Below are positions 31,293-57,200 of a stretch of 64,000 nt of DNA, piece after piece. This stretch comes from Tubulanus polymorphus. Its lineage: Eukaryota > Animalia > Nemertea. Under the pieces are notes generated by a model. The model did no database searches, was not told where the DNA came from, and worked only from the letters and a program-made list of their open reading frames with translations. How positions within the stretch are numbered: position 1 is the stretch's first letter; each line of letters begins with the position of its first letter. The DNA lies in contig NC_134025.1 of the NCBI RefSeq assembly GCF_964204645.1, forward strand, positions 30,546,299-30,610,298, in the 5' to 3' direction. A program made the translations under genes and the position numbers.

Positions 31293-31456
31293 GGATCCGG
31301 TTCCCAGAGTTGCCAGTTACGTATTTAACTTTCATTCGGGATCTTGTATATCTGCACCAGTTGTGAGTTTAGAGCACGGACTCAAAAAAAACGAGAATCA
31401 GTTTAGAGTCCATGGTTAGAATTATTACACCCCAAAACTGTTAGAACTCTGGATCC
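31293..31456. mobile_element. Palindromic MITE family copy
   Basis: GGATCCGGTTCC...GAACTCTGGATCC ends with internal family motifs. Confidence 0.55.
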
Positions 31457-31850
31457 TGTGGATCTGTTTTGAACAAGACCCAAATTAAAAAGACTAAACT
31501 GTATATATATATATTTAGTCGAAACGTATATTAACGTCAATCAAAAATTATACCAGGGGTCTATGTATGACTTCTCATGTCGACGATGAGCAGTTTAAGA
31601 AAGGCTTCAGACGAGAAAAGTAATGAACACCGGAAAAGATCTTGATTCAATAACAGCTCGCGCAAAGGCTATTGTTTAGATGTTCGTTTATCGGGGAATT
31701 TTACAGAACTTTTTTGTTGTGATAATATCGCAATACAGAGACCTTTATTCGTAGAATTCACGTGCGTCATTTTCCGCCAAAATGGACGTTACCCGTTACC
31801 GGTACCGTTTTCTTATAGGGATTAACCCTGTTATTCATTTGATTGACCGT

Positions 31851-31998
31851 GGGGCGGATCCAGCCGCGGTGCTCGACGGTAGGACCTCTCTTCTATTTTT
31901 CAAGTTCTGGTAGAGAAGTAGGGCTAATTAAAATTTGAATAATCGAAAGATCGTAAACTTCTTATGCATTACTCACAATCCTAGGCTTGATCCGCCCC
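31851..31998. mobile_element. MITE of a second family downstream of GPR22
   Basis: Inverted ends GGGGCGGATC / GATCCGCCCC. Confidence 0.65.
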
Positions 31999-32412
31999 TG
32001 TTGGTAGAGTTCGTTTGATTTGATTTGTTTTGATTTGATTTGATGTCCCTTACAAACAGACCACACCTGCCGAGAGAGGGTTTGATTTTAAAATTGGAAA
32101 TCGAAGTAACATTTATAGTCGTGTGATCGGTGGTCTTTTTTGTTAAAATCGTAAATTGAATATTTCGGTAATTTTTAACTTTTGGATAGCTAACAGCTTG
32201 TGCTTGGCGGTCAATGTGACGCGTCGAGAATAATGTCTATATTGATGATGAAACACTGAATGAAACCAAATCCCGCAAAATTACCAATTATTTTCGCTTG
32301 TATAAACCTACAACAAACTGATTTAACATATAATATAGAATTCTCCTGGTTTCTCATATAGTTTCCAGTCAAAAGCTCACTCTTTAATAATTAACACAAT
32401 TTCCAGCAGTTT

Positions 32413-33669
32413 CTACAGATTTAGTACATTTGTATTAGCGGATTGAGATGAGGATCCAACTGTTAACTGATTACCGCTTGGTGCAGACGAGCTACTATAT
32501 ATTGGAAGTTCGGATATTGTCCCACGGCGTCTTTCGTGACTTCCCGTACTTAGAAACGACACAGATGGGCGATCGGTTGATGGATCGGGAGCCGGCAATG
32601 TTAAATGTCGCTTCAGTCCGATTCGCCTGGCGACTTGTTTCGCAGGAGCGGTAATGTTTTGAATAGCATTGTCTATTTCTTGAGGGCTAACTCGCACCGT
32701 ATCGCCCAGGAATCGACTGCGAAGCGTTTTACGGAAATTCTGCCTCATAAACACGTAAACTAAAGGATGTAGAATTGTCGTCGAAAATGCTAAAGCGAGA
32801 AAACATAATTGGATCACTTCTAATGTCCAATTGAGTTTTTCAACGACGGAAATTATGCTAAGAATGGCGTGAGGTCCCCAACACACCATAAAAGTGCTAA
32901 CAATAATTAGAGTCATTTTAGTAACGCGTTTTTCCTGCGATCTCGCCATCGAATTATCTTTCAAATTCGACTTTTTTTGTAAGTGTCCAAACGTGGCTTT
33001 CACGACGGCGCTCCGGAACTGAAGTCTACTGCGCGCTTCGTGATAAATACGACAATAACAGACAATTATCGCCACGTTCGCAAACACGTAAAAAATTGCA
33101 TAATATAATTCGTAATAATACTTTCTTTCGTGCGAAAGTTGGAACCACAAATAACAGGGAAGCTCCGTGTGGTTTTTGGTGATTTCCTCGCCATCGTCCG
33201 GCGACGAGAAATTATACCCGATAAATGGCATCACAAATCCGAATATTGATAATCCCCAGATAAACACAACCGTAAATTTACTATTAGTCGGAGTGAAACG
33301 CCTTTTCATGGGCGTGATTATAGTATCATAACGGTCTAATGTAATCACTAATAAGTTCACGACACTGGCCGTACTGGCAAAGGATATAGTCGCCTCGTGA
33401 CAGTAACAGAAAGCACGGCCATGAATCCTGGACGTCACCATCATCGCAAACGTTAACGGTATCGACGTTAAACAAATAACTATATCTACAACGTTTAAAT
33501 TAGTTATGAATAAATTACTAGGAGATTTCATGGATCTTTGATTGAAATGATCGACAATTAAAACCGTTAGATTTAGAAATAAACCGATCGCGTTTTCGAT
33601 CATTAAAACAACGGCTAACGGAACGGTTAATTCGATCGCATATTCCTGATCTATTTCCGACAACGTCAT
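32413..33669 (-). CDS. GPR22: Orphan rhodopsin-class GPCR, GPR22-like, intronless coding region (418 aa)
   Basis: Seven hydrophobic segments. SNLFITNLNVVDIVICLTSIPLT, CHEATISFAS, ITLDRYD, CWGP and LHPLVY match the GPR22 family signatures. Confidence 0.85.
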   Translation of the reverse strand: MTLSEIDQEYAIELTVPLAVVLMIENAIGLFLNLTVLIVDHFNQRSMKSPSNLFITNLNVVDIVICLTSIPLTFAMMVTSRIHGRAFCYCHEATISFASTASVVNLLVITLDRYDTIITPMKRRFTPTNSKFTVVFIWGLSIFGFVMPFIGYNFSSPDDGEEITKNHTELPCYLWFQLSHERKYYYELYYAIFYVFANVAIIVCYCRIYHEARSRLQFRSAVVKATFGHLQKKSNLKDNSMARSQEKRVTKMTLIIVSTFMVCWGPHAILSIISVVEKLNWTLEVIQLCFLALAFSTTILHPLVYVFMRQNFRKTLRSRFLGDTVRVSPQEIDNAIQNITAPAKQVARRIGLKRHLTLPAPDPSTDRPSVSFLSTGSHERRRGTISELPIYSSSSAPSGNQLTVGSSSQSANTNVLNL

Positions 33670-34327
33670 TTTCTACGACAGTAAAACGTCTAATTCCAAT
33701 ATACGAAAACGAATCCTGTTGTCATGATTGCAAAATATATCCTTTATCCAGTTAGATCCAGTTAGTGTAAAATAGAGCGCAGAGTGGGAATATTCCGAGC
33801 AATTCAAACCAAAGCCTGATGAGTAAATGGTTAGATACCCGCTTCAACATCAATCGCAAATAACCTGCAATTTAGCGATCATCGTGACTTTGATCGATTT
33901 GATGCGCATTTTAAATCATTTCAATTTTCCGTTTCTGTAAAATTCTAGTCACGATAAAATTGAATTAATAACTGGAAGTTATCGAAGCTCCGATTGCTAC
34001 AGTTTGGTGACACACGACTCGCAACAGGTCCGGAACTGACGACAGAATAATCAATTTGCAGCATGCAATGCGTAAATATACACAGTTATAGTCCCGCGTC
34101 GCGTAATCTCCCTCTCTCTCTCTCTGCGCTCGCGGATACGTCGCGATTACATTCCTAGTAATCGCAGAGCAGAAGCCAAGTGTCAACAAGGCAACCAGAC
34201 ACGCATGCTTGCGAGCGTCAATATCACTTCTACAAATCCAAAATGGCCCAGGTCACTGATACGCGAAAGCGACAAGTTTTGTCTAACGTTCCAAGGTTCT
34301 AACTCGCAACCTGACCATCCAGAGAAA

Positions 34328-34452
34328 CGAAAATGGAACCGCAAATATTAGGAAGTTCCGTATATATGATTTTTGGTGATTTCCTCACCATCACAAATCC
34401 GAATATCGATAATCCTCAGATAAACACCACCGAGGATTTTAGTGGGTGTAAC
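34328..34452 (-). pseudogene. Diverged, internally deleted partial duplicate of GPR22 coding sequence (source about 33135-33299)
   Basis: TTTTGGTGATTTCCTC(A/G)CCATC joined directly to ACAAATCCGAATAT(C/T)GATAATCC(T/C)CAGATAAACAC, same orientation as the gene. Confidence 0.75.
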
Positions 34453-37400
34453 CAGATTATTCGTTTGGTCCATCAATTAAGCCTTTTAAAAACATCTTTA
34501 CGTTCGACATTTTTCCCAATGGCGCTGCCATCATTTCCTTAAGAATGATAGTCTTGTTGCCATCTACTTCAGTCTGAGATGTACTTACGTACAGTAAACC
34601 ATTCGTAGTCAAATTCATCTCTTCATCTCGTACAAGCACTCGTGCGCAAAGAATCAAAAATATATACCTGAACGATTCCACTCGCGGAGCGGTTTATAAA
34701 TACAAATTTATAGATGATTTAAATATGAATCTATATAAAAATGAAACTATTAGTCAATCGCTAGGGTTCAATTTGCCACAGGCGTAACCATTTTCAGCTA
34801 AAATCATTGCACACCCCACCTTAGACTGAAACATATATAGCCATGTCTTCCTGTGCTACCATCGTTGCGGTATCTATTCCTGTCCTCGCAATGCCGTAGG
34901 GCATATTTACGTCTATTTGGCTCCTTTGCTTACATATATAAAGCTTTATATCATTTGATATTGACAATTATTCAACAGTACAATCATCAAAATATTTATC
35001 AACTTTTTAAGAGTATCAAATGTAAATTCAGGTATTACTTGCTGCTTTGCCAAATTGAAAGGAAATCGAAGAAGAATATATACCAATTCTGATCCAATTT
35101 TTTCCATTGCGTCGCCTTGTCATATCCAAAGTGTTATTTTGGAGCTACAGTAGTATCGAGCCTTACGGGTTTGTTCTGTTATATTTAGATTGAACATATA
35201 AATCTATTCAACTCAACTCGTTCGACCTATTGATCTCGGGTCTAAAACTCAAATCGATAAGACCTCCTCAACTTATCACATGAGTCAAACTTTTTTTTAG
35301 ATTAAGCCTCTAGTAATATAAAATCCAGATAAAAAGACAAATTAGAAGCCTACACAATCAATTTTCAGTAAGGAGAAAAATTTGTCATTCATATATAAAT
35401 ATATTTTAGTTGTCCATCATGTGACAGACGATCATCCTTTTTTGGTAATTATCTCAGACAGAAAAACCACCCCCCCCCCCCCCATCCTATCGAATGTTAT
35501 ATGTATCACTGCGAATTACACGTAAAGTTCACGCTGGAAAACGTTCATCTTTCCGATGATGCGATGCAGTACGCCTATTAGGCCTATTTTTACGGGAATT
35601 GGATGTAAAATCTATTTGAAATGTTAGCAACAAAAAGCGTAAATTTCTATAGAATGATGAAATACGACAAAGTAGTGTGCAGTAATTAGAAACTATGTGA
35701 TTATGTGATAAGAATTATGTGATAGTTTTAGGAACGGATTACAGATTTTTCAAATCGTATTAGTAGGAGGGGTTCTAAAATACAGATATTTGATTCTCAG
35801 AAAAAAAACCTTATACCCTAGACGCGAACAGAACTTGCAATAATCCATGGCACATTAATAATTCATAGTGATGGGGATGAGGCCGGAAGTCAGGCCGGAA
35901 ATATTTCTGTTTGACAAACTTCTTGACTTATTATTGTTTACTTCCTTTTGTCATTTCAAGAGCCAGAAGACAAACTCAGATGGCGAAAAGTCTGGTGTAC
36001 CACCACCCAGAAGTCTTGACTGTCCGATGGCACACCTGGAAGTTCCAACGACATCCAAAGACTGTGGACTGTAGAAGACACAGAATTTGGATCTGTTCAC
36101 CAGAGTGGCACCCCAGCCTCATCATCAACAACCACTAATAAACTAAGTAATGAGAAGGTTGAATTACTCTGGCAATTAGAAGGTAGAGACCGGCAACCAG
36201 TCTAACCCTAAAACCGCTGACAAACAGGAAATAAATTCTCAATTCTATCTTTGGCAGGTGAGGATGCTTTGACAGCTTTTCGGTGGTAACGACCATCTTC
36301 TGTTTCTGCGTGCTACTTTTAAGTGCAGTAATACATGACTGAAAAAAACACAATTAAACTATGATCTATGAATCTACAATATTCATTTCTTTACATAATC
36401 TAAGTATGAAATAATATCCATATTCATGTTTATTCACCGAACAAATCTAGTTTTTAGGGATGAATTGTGATCTAACTTCTAAGCGGATGAATATAGGGCT
36501 CCACCTAGCTGTGAGTCGGCGTAGCGTCCCTGGTCCTGAAAAATTCACCGGTTTTTGGTTTTTTCTCCAGGCTTCTCGACGTGAAACCGCGTCTTAATTG
36601 ATAAGGTATGTAGAGTAATTACTGGATGTTAATTGATGAGCTGAAATTGTTGCAATCGATTTTTTTAACTGTCAGAAATAATGAAACAACGAAAACTTCA
36701 AAAAGCTTCGTGTAGTCTGTGTGTACTACGATCGGTAAAAATCACCTGTCAGTTTGGTAATATTTCAATGATTTCCTTCGTAACGGGAATGTCTGGATCG
36801 GCATTAGTTTCTACGAATTGCACCAAACAATTATCCTTCTAAGATAGAGAGTGAGTTGTGTTGATATAGTGGAAATAGTCTACCCCACCCGTCCCAGTTT
36901 CTGACCGCTAGGTTGAGCTCTTCTTCCATTGCCATTGGCATCATCATTTGATATTTGCCTTTCCTGGATGGAAGGAAATTCTAGTAGGATAAAAGAAGCA
37001 AACTGATTTTTTTTTTTTTTAGTAACATTTTTCATTATTAGTGATATTCAATTTCACAGAGGAAAGAACTTTGTATTCTTGAAGTACATTTAAAACTGAA
37101 AAATAGAAAACATTTTATAAGTTTCTTCGGTAGGATGGAAATATTTCTGCCTGAGTTGCATTAAGGGAATCTAACCCTAGCATCACTCAAGGTAACATCT
37201 AAGCTGTATCGGGATTCTAACCCCACAGCTGGAACCTTCTCGGCCGCCAACCCGACTGATGGCTCAGAGCCCGACTGTTTGATTTGGAACAGGAAAGTAC
37301 GGATCATACGGATGTCAGTTGGTGGTTTTCTTGGCTTTCTGTCGGTGTCGTTTGGGAGAAGCTCCGCTTACCTGCCCAGGAATTAGTCCTAGTCCACACG

Positions 37401-37689
37401 GGCAGGTAGGTAGTGGGAAGTACAGAGAGACTAGCTCTTTCCCTATGGGCGCCTGAATTTTGCTGATGGAGGGTTTGTGAAGGGTTACCCATATATCTAA
37501 TAAACTTATTATTTTCATAAGTAACATCTCGTATTTTTCAACTAAAATTGTTGATATTTTATCAGGCAACAACTACTGGTAGAACTGCATTAAAGAAATT
37601 CAAACTGATAAAGAGATATAATCTTCAAATGATGCTTGATAAAAACATTTCGATTATTTTTAGGGTTTGTTTGTGTGAGTAGAGGAGAG

Positions 37690-51609
<13,920 letters not shown>

Positions 51610-51758
51610 CGATAGAATGATATATAAAAAACAATGTTTGTAGCTGTAGTTGATTAATTATATACTGATGGTGAATACCGTAAACAAACGCTTGCTGAAT
51701 GAAACAAATACTGTAGCACTGGACAGCACCGGATATAACTGCACCGTTCTGAATACTG

Positions 51759-52029
51759 CGTTCACGCTATCACTAGTTAGTCCATTCTAATTGGACCCGT
51801 ACCTAGAACTGACCTGATAAATGCAATTTGGGATCCGCTGTTGTCACTGGCCCAGTTTGATGCAACACTGATTGACAGTCACGCAGAGAAATTGTCCATT
51901 CTTAAATCTAACCTGGACCATTCATTTTGGCCGTTCTAAATTGAGAATGAACTTTTCCCTAGTGTTAACACTCGGGTCTGTTCTGAAATGGACAGAGTTT
52001 AGAAAGCTCTAAATAAAGTAGCGTGAACG
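51759..52029. mobile_element. MITE-like insertion in the MYO6 3' UTR region
   Basis: Terminal inverted repeats CGTTCACGCTA / TAGCGTGAACG about 270 bp apart, no ORF. Confidence 0.55.
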
Positions 52030-54277
52030 TGGTTATAGTGTGATACACTGCGCACCTGTTACATTGTATAATGTAGTGATGACCAATGTTGTAAGAAAAG
52101 TTGTCTCAGATTTCAGCTTCTGAATCTAATTAACATAGATGTGTCAACTGACATCTGCTTTACATTCTTCATACTTGGTTCTGTCAATGATGCTCGACAC
52201 CCCACCCTCCCCCGGAAAAGGGATTGGTTCAACTAAGGGCTTACACTTATCTCCAATGTTGTTTATATGTTGTTTAACTTTAGTTTTCCCCCTGAGATGA
52301 TTAATGATGATAATGATTTTATGGTTTGAATTTATAAGTGGTTTAGATAAAGTAAAACCTCTTTAGAAAAGATATAAGGTTTCTTAAGAATCATTAGAAT
52401 TAACTTTTATTTACTCATCTGTGTCTAAAACGAACATTGCTCTAGTTGATGGTGGTCAGTATTTTGATGGAATAGTCTCCTATATACCGGTATTTATACG
52501 AAGGACTTTGATTGGGTGAAAAAGTGATCCCCTGATAAACGAATAGAGAAAAGTCTACTATAATTCACAGATCGTAATGTTTTTAATTCAGTGCCTTAAA
52601 CAATAATCAAATGTGCTACAAACATTTGTGTAGGCATTTTTTGACATTAGCATTTACATTCATCATACATAATATCTTTTCATATTTGGCTTAGTTTGTT
52701 CTATTTTACATAATTATCAACTTAAAATTTACCTCTACAAAAAAAAAATCATCAAGTTTTAGATATTTAATCCATAATTTTTGTCTCCTTGAGTTCATTA
52801 CGGAAATTCCTGGCTGTATTCAGATAATTATGTTGTAATTAATTGAAACAAAGTAAGAAAGTGAATATTTCTGTGACTGTCACAAGCTTTAGGTTTATAA
52901 TTGTTAGAACCAAGTTCCACATTTGTGTGGTAAGATTTGATTTGAGTTAACAAGTCGAATCAGACTGCGAACTGTTGAATAGGGTCAATTTTGTTGTTGT
53001 ACTTAAGTGATATTTTGCATGGTGAAAACAATTTTAGATATTTATTGTATTGTTCAATAGGAAAACGTGAGGAATTTAGAAACTGGTTTCGATGTAGTTA
53101 AAAGATAGAAAAGGAATCCATCCAAATATGAAATATTCAGGACCTAGTTCCGCGGTTAACGAGTAAAGCTTGATTCTTGAGTTAGAAATCGTTCATTTGC
53201 GATGTTTTAACTCAAAATTTTTAAGGAGAGAATCGTCGAACTAATGGGTCCTGTGATCGATATTTCAGCAGTAATTTGTGCAATCTCTTATGATTATTAA
53301 TCAGTCCAACATTCTATATAAACATTCCACAAATATTTTAAATCATGATTGAATCCGTCCTCGATTCAAATGATGTTATTTAACGCTTAAATCCGACCAA
53401 TCAATGATATGATTTTATAGGAATTATGGAGGTTTCTGTTTACATGATATACATATACATGATATATACAGATGATATTGTACTGGGTGCGATATATTCA
53501 CATTGTGATAAATACATGATTCACATTCCACACATATTGTCCAATCTACACAAATCATTCGTCTGAAAATGAAGAGATAATCTTTAATTCTCTGTTTAAT
53601 GAATTCATGTTCATGTTTTTCATGATTTTCTCAGATTTATTATTATTATTATTATATAATTATATGTATTACACTTTGTGCCGCATGCTGAATGTAAAAT
53701 ATAATTTACATTGTATTGAAACATTCTGAGTTGGTTTTGTTTTAGCATTTTTGACATCGGAAGATCTTCCCTTTAGGGCATTTTAAATCATAGAGGATTT
53801 GATTTGACAGTGAATGGGGCCGGTTCACAGTCTAACCAACCATAGGCATAGACCGCCGGTGGTATATTCAATATTGTGACACAGTCCCCGATGTTTGACC
53901 GAAAAACGGGAAGTTACGAGTCAGTCCCCAATGATTGTTCGCGCTCCAGGAGGTGCTGCCATCTAGAATCAGCTGGCATGACAGAATGTAAATAGAGATT
54001 TGACAGTTCTATTTCTAAGGTAAATATTACCGAATTTCAGCATCTTGTCTGAAGTTTCACAGTTAATTTGTGATACGTATGAATGAATTTCGATATTTCG
54101 CATAGAAATGAAGTGTTTGGAACTGTTAATTCTGACGTTTGAACCGTTAAAACGCGATAAGTTTTAACACGTTTTAAAGTCAATTTTATTGAGACATTTT
54201 ATTCTTCACACTCTGGTCGTCGACGTCTTAAGTATTCAATGTATATTTTGTAGATAATGTTATCGTGAGAATAAAGA

Positions 54278-57200
54278 ATGGCTGTGTCACAGCATCGGGA
54301 ACCATTAAACAATGGAGGATTTCCGACTATTAATGTTAACCTAACAATCAAAAATCCTGGAGGACCTCCGATAAAACAATCATTCAATCCATCATCACCA
54401 GGAACGGAGGACGATCGACCTGCTACTCCTACTGCAATACCTCGCACTCATAATGGATTCGAATTACCCAAATTAGTCGATATCAATTCTGGAGTTTTTA
54501 ACAGCAGCAACAAAAATAGCAACATGTTTCAGGTAATTTAAACAGTTTATTATGAAACTTGTTTTAGTTGATGTCTCACTCTCTTCATCCTGGATTTTAT
54601 TTAGATATTCATCTATTTGCTGTTAGTTGTTTTTCTGGACCCAGTTCGACAGTTGTTGTTTAACACTAGTGTAAGAAATTAAAAATGAACCAATTTTATT
54701 TCAATCTATAAACTCTTAACTGTTGAACTTGGTCCCCTTATATTTTCTATCATGTTTGACTGTTTTACTTGAATTTTTAGTTTTTTAATCTCATTAATTT
54801 CTAAATTCAAATTTATTTTAGTTCTTTGATTGAATGCAAGGTATGAATAAAGTTCATATTTGAAATATTTTATCTCTTATTCCTCTAAATTCCCATAATG
54901 TCAATTCTTGCACAGTTGTTATGCTTTAGGGGTCAAACTGCTGAGGTATATATTTCATAATTTATTTGCTTTGCTTGAATAGCGAAATCACATTTGATAT
55001 ATCTCAAATTCCTTTCAAAGGCTGGTAACAAACATCTCACAGAATTCATCATGGTTTGCAAATAATTTTGAAAATATCAGTGATAGTCTATCAAATTCAA
55101 TTCACTGAAAATATCAATTTGCTATGAATTTGAGGTGGGTCACTGATATATCAACTGGACAATGCTATATTATCATATCTTATTAGATATTTATCCAAGA
55201 TAGTTATCTATATAAACTATGTTACTTTTTACAGGGCTTTCAAATTGAACCCGATAACAAATTGTCAGAAAATTACAATGAACTTAAATTGCACATTGAA
55301 TCCTTGCAAAGCAAGGCAAGTATTCCATTTTGTTATTGTAGCGGCAGATTTAATCCAGTTATTTCTATAGAAATAATTGCTAGCAAGTTGAAAAATGATA
55401 TTTGAAGAGACAAGGCGTAGTCCATTCCACCTGATGGCGTGATTTAATTCTCAGTGATAAATCTTCAAATTTTATCACATAAAATTGTATGGTGGGACTT
55501 TTTCTATAGGCCTAGTTTCCAATTTTAAAGTGAACATTGAAGATACAGAAAAAGTTCAGAATTCAAATTGGGTTTTGAGTTAATTCTTGGTTTTTAGATT
55601 TTGTCTAAAATTGTTGATGCAGGATAAAGTACTCGATATATTGTGAATTAGAAATGAATTTCAGATTGTATTTGACAATACTATGTGATATACTAGGTAG
55701 AATTATGGCTGGAATTGATGTGAATCATCAATAACTGTACAATATTCGGCTCAGTTTCTATTAGCGTTCACTGCAGCTTCAATTTCCTGTTGGAAACAGA
55801 TTTAGAACAAATCACAATAACTTCATTCATTCTCCCTCTACCACTCACTGACTCCATCCTCTCTCATTGCTCATTTCATTAGATTGACACTGTGAAAATA
55901 TTTCTATCACAAAAAGTAGAAACAAAAAGGGTAGGTTTGAATAATGAAGCGTCAATTGCTGAAAAAATTGTTTGAATTGGAAAACTGACGTAATGACAAT
56001 TGAAACTGCATTATTAATAATGGTATTTATCTGATGGTTGAATTAAATCAATTTTTAGACTCGTCCCTGATGAAAGCAAAGTTGAATATAGAATTCTAGG
56101 TGGCTAGATTTTTCCAGATCAGTCGTTAATCTGACATTGCTTTAAACTGAATCTTTTCGTTTTCATTATCCCGTTTCAAACAGTGGTTGGAATCTTCTAT
56201 TTTCAAGTTAATTAAGGAAAAAGTGGAACATAATTCGTAAATAATTTTTTCTCACCGATCCCCGGGAGATAGTTAGATAAATTGTGCTGTCTAAAACAGG
56301 TATTTAGATTGATATTCTCATTGTATTTTATGAATAATGAGATACATAAAATTCATGTTTTTCATGTCGTGATATTGAATACCGTTATAAAGTATAAACC
56401 GGTCTAAAAACGCATGATTAATGATGGGTGTCTTCAGACAGGTTTCTTACAGTCGAGGGCTTCGCGGGGCTGCCAGAAAAAAAAACAATTCTCTCTGTCA
56501 AAAATTGTCCTAAACTGACTTGAATTGACTTAAATTGCCCTTAAAGCGCGAAAAGTTTGAAAATTATCTAAAACTAGAAATGCTTGTTTTTTAGATCATA
56601 CAAATGAATGGTTGTAGAATTTTTGATAGAATTTATAATTTCTAAAAATATAAGTTTTCGTTCAAAGGCTACAATTGTATATATACCCATTAGGCTAATT
56701 GAATAGTAATTGGCTATTATAAATAGTCATTATTGTGACATTAAAAGGGCGTTATTCGTGACACTGTATTTAATGTAATAGTGCCCCATCAGAACCCTTA
56801 ATTAATGAATACTGAATGCTTTGAAACTAGTAACCCGTAAACAGCCCAACCACTGACAACGAGTGAAATAATCTTCATTCTATGAGGAGTTTATTACAGA
56901 TTATCACCTGAAATGAATTAGAATCTTGACCAGGGTATGTATTATTATATCTAGAAGGGTTTTGTTTATTAATGCATATAAGACTTCATGGATATTTCTG
57001 TATGTTTATTGCTGGTATATTTGATATCCTGCTGGTAGCTATTAGTCCATACATAACCAGCACTGTCTTATATACACACAGATTATTATATCAAATTCTA
57101 TGTGACTAAATAATTCTATGACACAACTGAACTTTTTTTACTTTTTGTAATAAAATCCTAAGGAACAAAAAAATAATCTGAGTTTTTTTCTGATTGACAA

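Noticed and set aside
33815-33845. CTGATGA hammerhead ribozyme core
   Set aside because: No stem II followed by GAAA, and no flanking helices.
36202-36211. CTAACCCTAA telomerase-template-like word
   Set aside because: No recognisable pseudoknot, CR4/5 or H/ACA domain downstream.
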